NCBI GenBank assembly: GCA_964013405.1
Contig: CAXGWI010000026.1
Coordinates: 1-30,888 of the forward strand
DNA length: 30,888 nt
Origin: an uncultured Myxococcales bacterium
GTDB taxonomy: Bacteria > Myxococcota > UBA4151
Reading direction: 5' to 3'
The translations under genes and the position numbers were made by a program. The notes below the pieces were generated by a model that was not told where the DNA came from, searched no databases, and saw only the letters and a list, made by a program, of their open reading frames with translations. This document shows positions 27,974 through 30,888 of the stretch, piece after piece; positions within the stretch are counted from its first letter, which is position 1; the number at the start of each line of letters is the position of its first letter.

Positions 27974-29578
27974 ATGAGGGTCGTGATCCCAAAAGAGAGT
28001 GGCGAGGGGGAACGGCGAGTCGCTGCCACGCCTGAGAGTGTCGGCCGTCTTTTAAAGCTCGGCTATGAGGTGGCAATCGAGGCCGGTGCAGGTCTAGAAG
28101 CCTCCTTTACCGATGGGGCTTATGAAACCGCCGGTGCGGTCATCGAAAGTGACCGGGCAGCCCTTATGGGCGGCGCAGACCTCGTGCTCATGGTCAATCC
28201 ACCGACCGTGGCAGAGATCGAGACCATCCGGCCTGGCGCGACCCTGATTAGCTTCTTTAGGCCTGAAGGCGATGACTGCCCGCAGACCGCCGCCTTGGTT
28301 GAGCAGAAAATCACCATGCTCTCCATCGACTTCATTCCCCGGATCAGTCGGGCCCAGAAAATGGATGGGCTCAGCTCCATGGCGAACATCTCCGGCTACC
28401 GGGCGGTGCTCGAAGCTGCGGCCGTCTACGGAAGTTTCTTCACCGGCCAGTTTACGGCCGCCGGTAAGGTGGCGCCGGCCAAGGTGTTGATCGTGGGTGC
28501 TGGGGTCGCAGGGCTCGCAGCCCTTGGCGCGGCCACCGGTTTGGGCGCGATCGTTCGGGCTTTCGACGTGCGCGCATCGGTGAAAGACCAGATCAAGAGT
28601 CTTGGTGGTGAGTTCCTTGAGGTCGAACTCGAGGAGTCTGGCGATGGTGGTGGCGGTTACGCCCGCACCATGAGCCCCGAGTATCATGCAGCCCAAATGG
28701 AACTCTTTCACCAACAGGCCCAGGACGTGGACATCGTGATTACGACGGCGCTGATCCCGGGCCGGGAAGCCCCCATCCTTTGGGAGCGCCGCCATGTGGA
28801 GGCCATGAAGCCCGGATCGGTCATTGTGGATCTCGCAGCGGCGAAGGGCGGTAATTGTGAACTCACCGAGCCAGGGGAATCCATCACGGTGAATGGGGTC
28901 CACATCATTGGCTATACGGACCTGACCAGTCGTCTGCCAAAGACTGCCAGTGAACTCTACGCCAGCAACCTCTGTCATCTGCTGGATGATTTGGGGGGGG
29001 CCGAGAAGACGGCAGACTTGGACTTCACCGACGAAGTGGTCCGGGGCTGCTGCCTACTTCATGAGGGCGCCAAGCCGGTCTTGCCAGAATTGCCTGAAGC
29101 ACCGGCCCCCCAAGCTGTAGCGAAGCCTGCACCGAAGCCTGCACCGGAGCCTGCGCCAGCCACGGCGCCTGAGCCCGAAACTCCTGACGAAGCCACCGGC
29201 GCAAGTGCCGCCAGTCCTGTGGGCTGGGTGATTTGTGCCATCCTGATGGTTCTCTGGGTCTACTTGCGTAGCCAGGGCAGTCCGCCCGAGTCCGCTGGAC
29301 ATGGTGACGAATTCTTGCAGCGCCTGACTGTCTTCGTGCTGGCCTGTTTCGTGGGCTGGCAGGTCATTTGGTCGGTGACTGCAGCGCTTCACACCCCGCT
29401 GATGAGTGTGACGAACGCCATCAGTGGGATCATCATCGTCGGTGGCATTCTCACCGCCGCAGACGGTTTTACATCGACCGCAGGGATTCTGGGCTTGGCC
29501 GCGGTTCTCTTTGCCACCATCAACATCGCCGGGGGCTTTCTCGTCACCCAGCGCATGTTGAAGATGTTTCGGAAGTAG
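27974..29578 (+). CDS. pntA: NAD(P) transhydrogenase subunit alpha (fused, E. coli-like)
   Basis: [70 protein letters not shown]. Confidence 0.97.
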   Translation: MRVVIPKESGEGERRVAATPESVGRLLKLGYEVAIEAGAGLEASFTDGAYETAGAVIESDRAALMGGADLVLMVNPPTVAEIETIRPGATLISFFRPEGDDCPQTAALVEQKITMLSIDFIPRISRAQKMDGLSSMANISGYRAVLEAAAVYGSFFTGQFTAAGKVAPAKVLIVGAGVAGLAALGAATGLGAIVRAFDVRASVKDQIKSLGGEFLEVELEESGDGGGGYARTMSPEYHAAQMELFHQQAQDVDIVITTALIPGREAPILWERRHVEAMKPGSVIVDLAAAKGGNCELTEPGESITVNGVHIIGYTDLTSRLPKTASELYASNLCHLLDDLGGAEKTADLDFTDEVVRGCCLLHEGAKPVLPELPEAPAPQAVAKPAPKPAPEPAPATAPEPETPDEATGASAASPVGWVICAILMVLWVYLRSQGSPPESAGHGDEFLQRLTVFVLACFVGWQVIWSVTAALHTPLMSVTNAISGIIIVGGILTAADGFTSTAGILGLAAVLFATINIAGGFLVTQRMLKMFRK

Positions 29579-29587
29579 GGGGCGATC

Positions 29588-30888
29588 ATGACAAGTACAT
29601 TCTCGCTTTTCGCAGCCCCCCTGACCGCCGTTACAAGCGCGTCGACAGGTGCGAGCGCCGCAGTCGACTATTCTGGTGATTTCGGGGCCTTGAAGACGGT
29701 CTCGTATCTGATCGCTGCGGTCTTCTTTATTCTGTCGCTGCGTGGCTTGAGCGATCAAGAAACCGCCCCTCGTGGCAACACCCTGGGCATCATCGGGATG
29801 GTGATTGCCGTCTTCGCAGCCACCATGGGCGAATCGACAGGCCACTATGAACTGCTGGCCATCGCGATTGGCGTTGGCGCTGTCATCGGTGCGGTGATGG
29901 CCGTTCGGGTCGCCATGACCGCCATGCCTGAACTGGTGGCGATTCTGCACAGTTTCGTCGGCCTAGCAGCCGTTCTGGTCGGCATTGCTTTGTATCTGGA
30001 TGCCCGGGGTAAGACAGCTTGGGGCACGGTCCTGGGTATTGAGATTTGGGTCGATGTCTTCATCGGCGCAATCACCTTCACCGGCTCGGTCTTGGCCTAT
30101 TTGAAGTTGAAAGGTTCCGTGTCCGGCAAGCCCTTGCTGCTGCCGGGGCGCCACCTACTCAACTTGGCGATGTTCGGCGCATCGATTTATCTCTGCGTGC
30201 CGTTTATGGCTAACGGCGGCGTCGATGGCCTCCAGCCGCTGCTGATCATGACGGCGATCGCCTGTGTCTTGGGCTTTCACCTGGTGGCAGCCATCGGCGG
30301 TGCCGATATGCCGGTGGTGGTGAGTATGCTGAACAGCTACTCGGGCTGGACCGCGGCCGCCGCGGGCTTCATGTTGGGCAACGACCTGCTCATCGTGACC
30401 GGTGCGTTGGTGGGCTCCTCGGGGGCCATCCTCAGCTACATCATGTGCAAGGCCATGAACCGAAGCATCGTGAACGTGATCTTCGGTGGCTTTGGCGCGA
30501 CCCCGGCGAAGCCCTCTGGCGACGCGACACAAGGGGAGGCATTGGAGGTCTTCGAGACCGATGCGGAGGAGACAGCCGCCGCTTTGCTCGAAGCCAAAGA
30601 GGTCGTGATCGTGCCGGGCTACGGCATGGCTGTGGCTCGAGCCCAGCACTCCGTCCGTGAGATCGTGGATCTGTTGCGGGACAAGGGGAAGAAGGTTCGC
30701 TTCGCCATTCACCCAGTGGCCGGGCGTTTGCCGGGCCATATGAACGTGCTCCTGGCTGAAGCCAAGGTGCCCTACGATATCGTCCTCGAGATGGACGAGA
30801 TCAACGAGGACTTTCCCGACACCCAGGTGGCCTTCGTGATCGGCGCCAACGACATCGTCAATCCGGGCGCTCAAACCGATGAAAGTAG
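29588..30888 (+). CDS. pntB: NAD(P) transhydrogenase subunit beta (partial, runs off the window)
   Basis: Not in the ORF track. From ATG 29588: [88 protein letters not shown]; no in-frame stop before the edge. Confidence 0.96.
   Translation, partial: MTSTFSLFAAPLTAVTSASTGASAAVDYSGDFGALKTVSYLIAAVFFILSLRGLSDQETAPRGNTLGIIGMVIAVFAATMGESTGHYELLAIAIGVGAVIGAVMAVRVAMTAMPELVAILHSFVGLAAVLVGIALYLDARGKTAWGTVLGIEIWVDVFIGAITFTGSVLAYLKLKGSVSGKPLLLPGRHLLNLAMFGASIYLCVPFMANGGVDGLQPLLIMTAIACVLGFHLVAAIGGADMPVVVSMLNSYSGWTAAAAGFMLGNDLLIVTGALVGSSGAILSYIMCKAMNRSIVNVIFGGFGATPAKPSGDATQGEALEVFETDAEETAAALLEAKEVVIVPGYGMAVARAQHSVREIVDLLRDKGKKVRFAIHPVAGRLPGHMNVLLAEAKVPYDIVLEMDEINEDFPDTQVAFVIGANDIVNPGAQTDES

Noticed and set aside
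30886..30888. Terminal TAG as the pntB stop codon
   Set aside because: It is out of frame with pntB (GAT GAA AGT AG), so the gene continues past the window.

Overview
GC-rich bacterial chromosomal segment, inferred to be Myxococcota/deltaproteobacterial from the Myxococcus-type Cys-rich repeats, a PilA-like domain and many Cys-rich lipoproteins. Left part: a partial DUF1587-type lipoprotein not in the ORF track, a 15-repeat DUF4215 lipoprotein, and two tandem CRTAC1/ASPIC-like FG-GAP lipoproteins. Centre, the most unusual part: a type IV pilus-related divergon. On the minus strand a ~733-aa lipoprotein carries a PilA-like pilin domain at its C-terminus and is coupled to an SDR and a CDF transporter. 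On the plus strand a HEAT-repeat/PilT fusion with altered catalytic motifs is coupled to a second PilT and followed by a Pro-rich protein with a duplicated domain. Next come a small lipoprotein, a phospholipase D lipoprotein and an MscS channel; a pyrR-pyrB-pyrC-carA-ispA operon without carB; a Cys/Gly/Met-rich lipoprotein with a strong intrinsic terminator; and pntA-pntB, with pntB running off the right end. I saw no tRNA, rRNA, CRISPR array or mobile element. All family calls come from motif recognition by eye, not from database searches.
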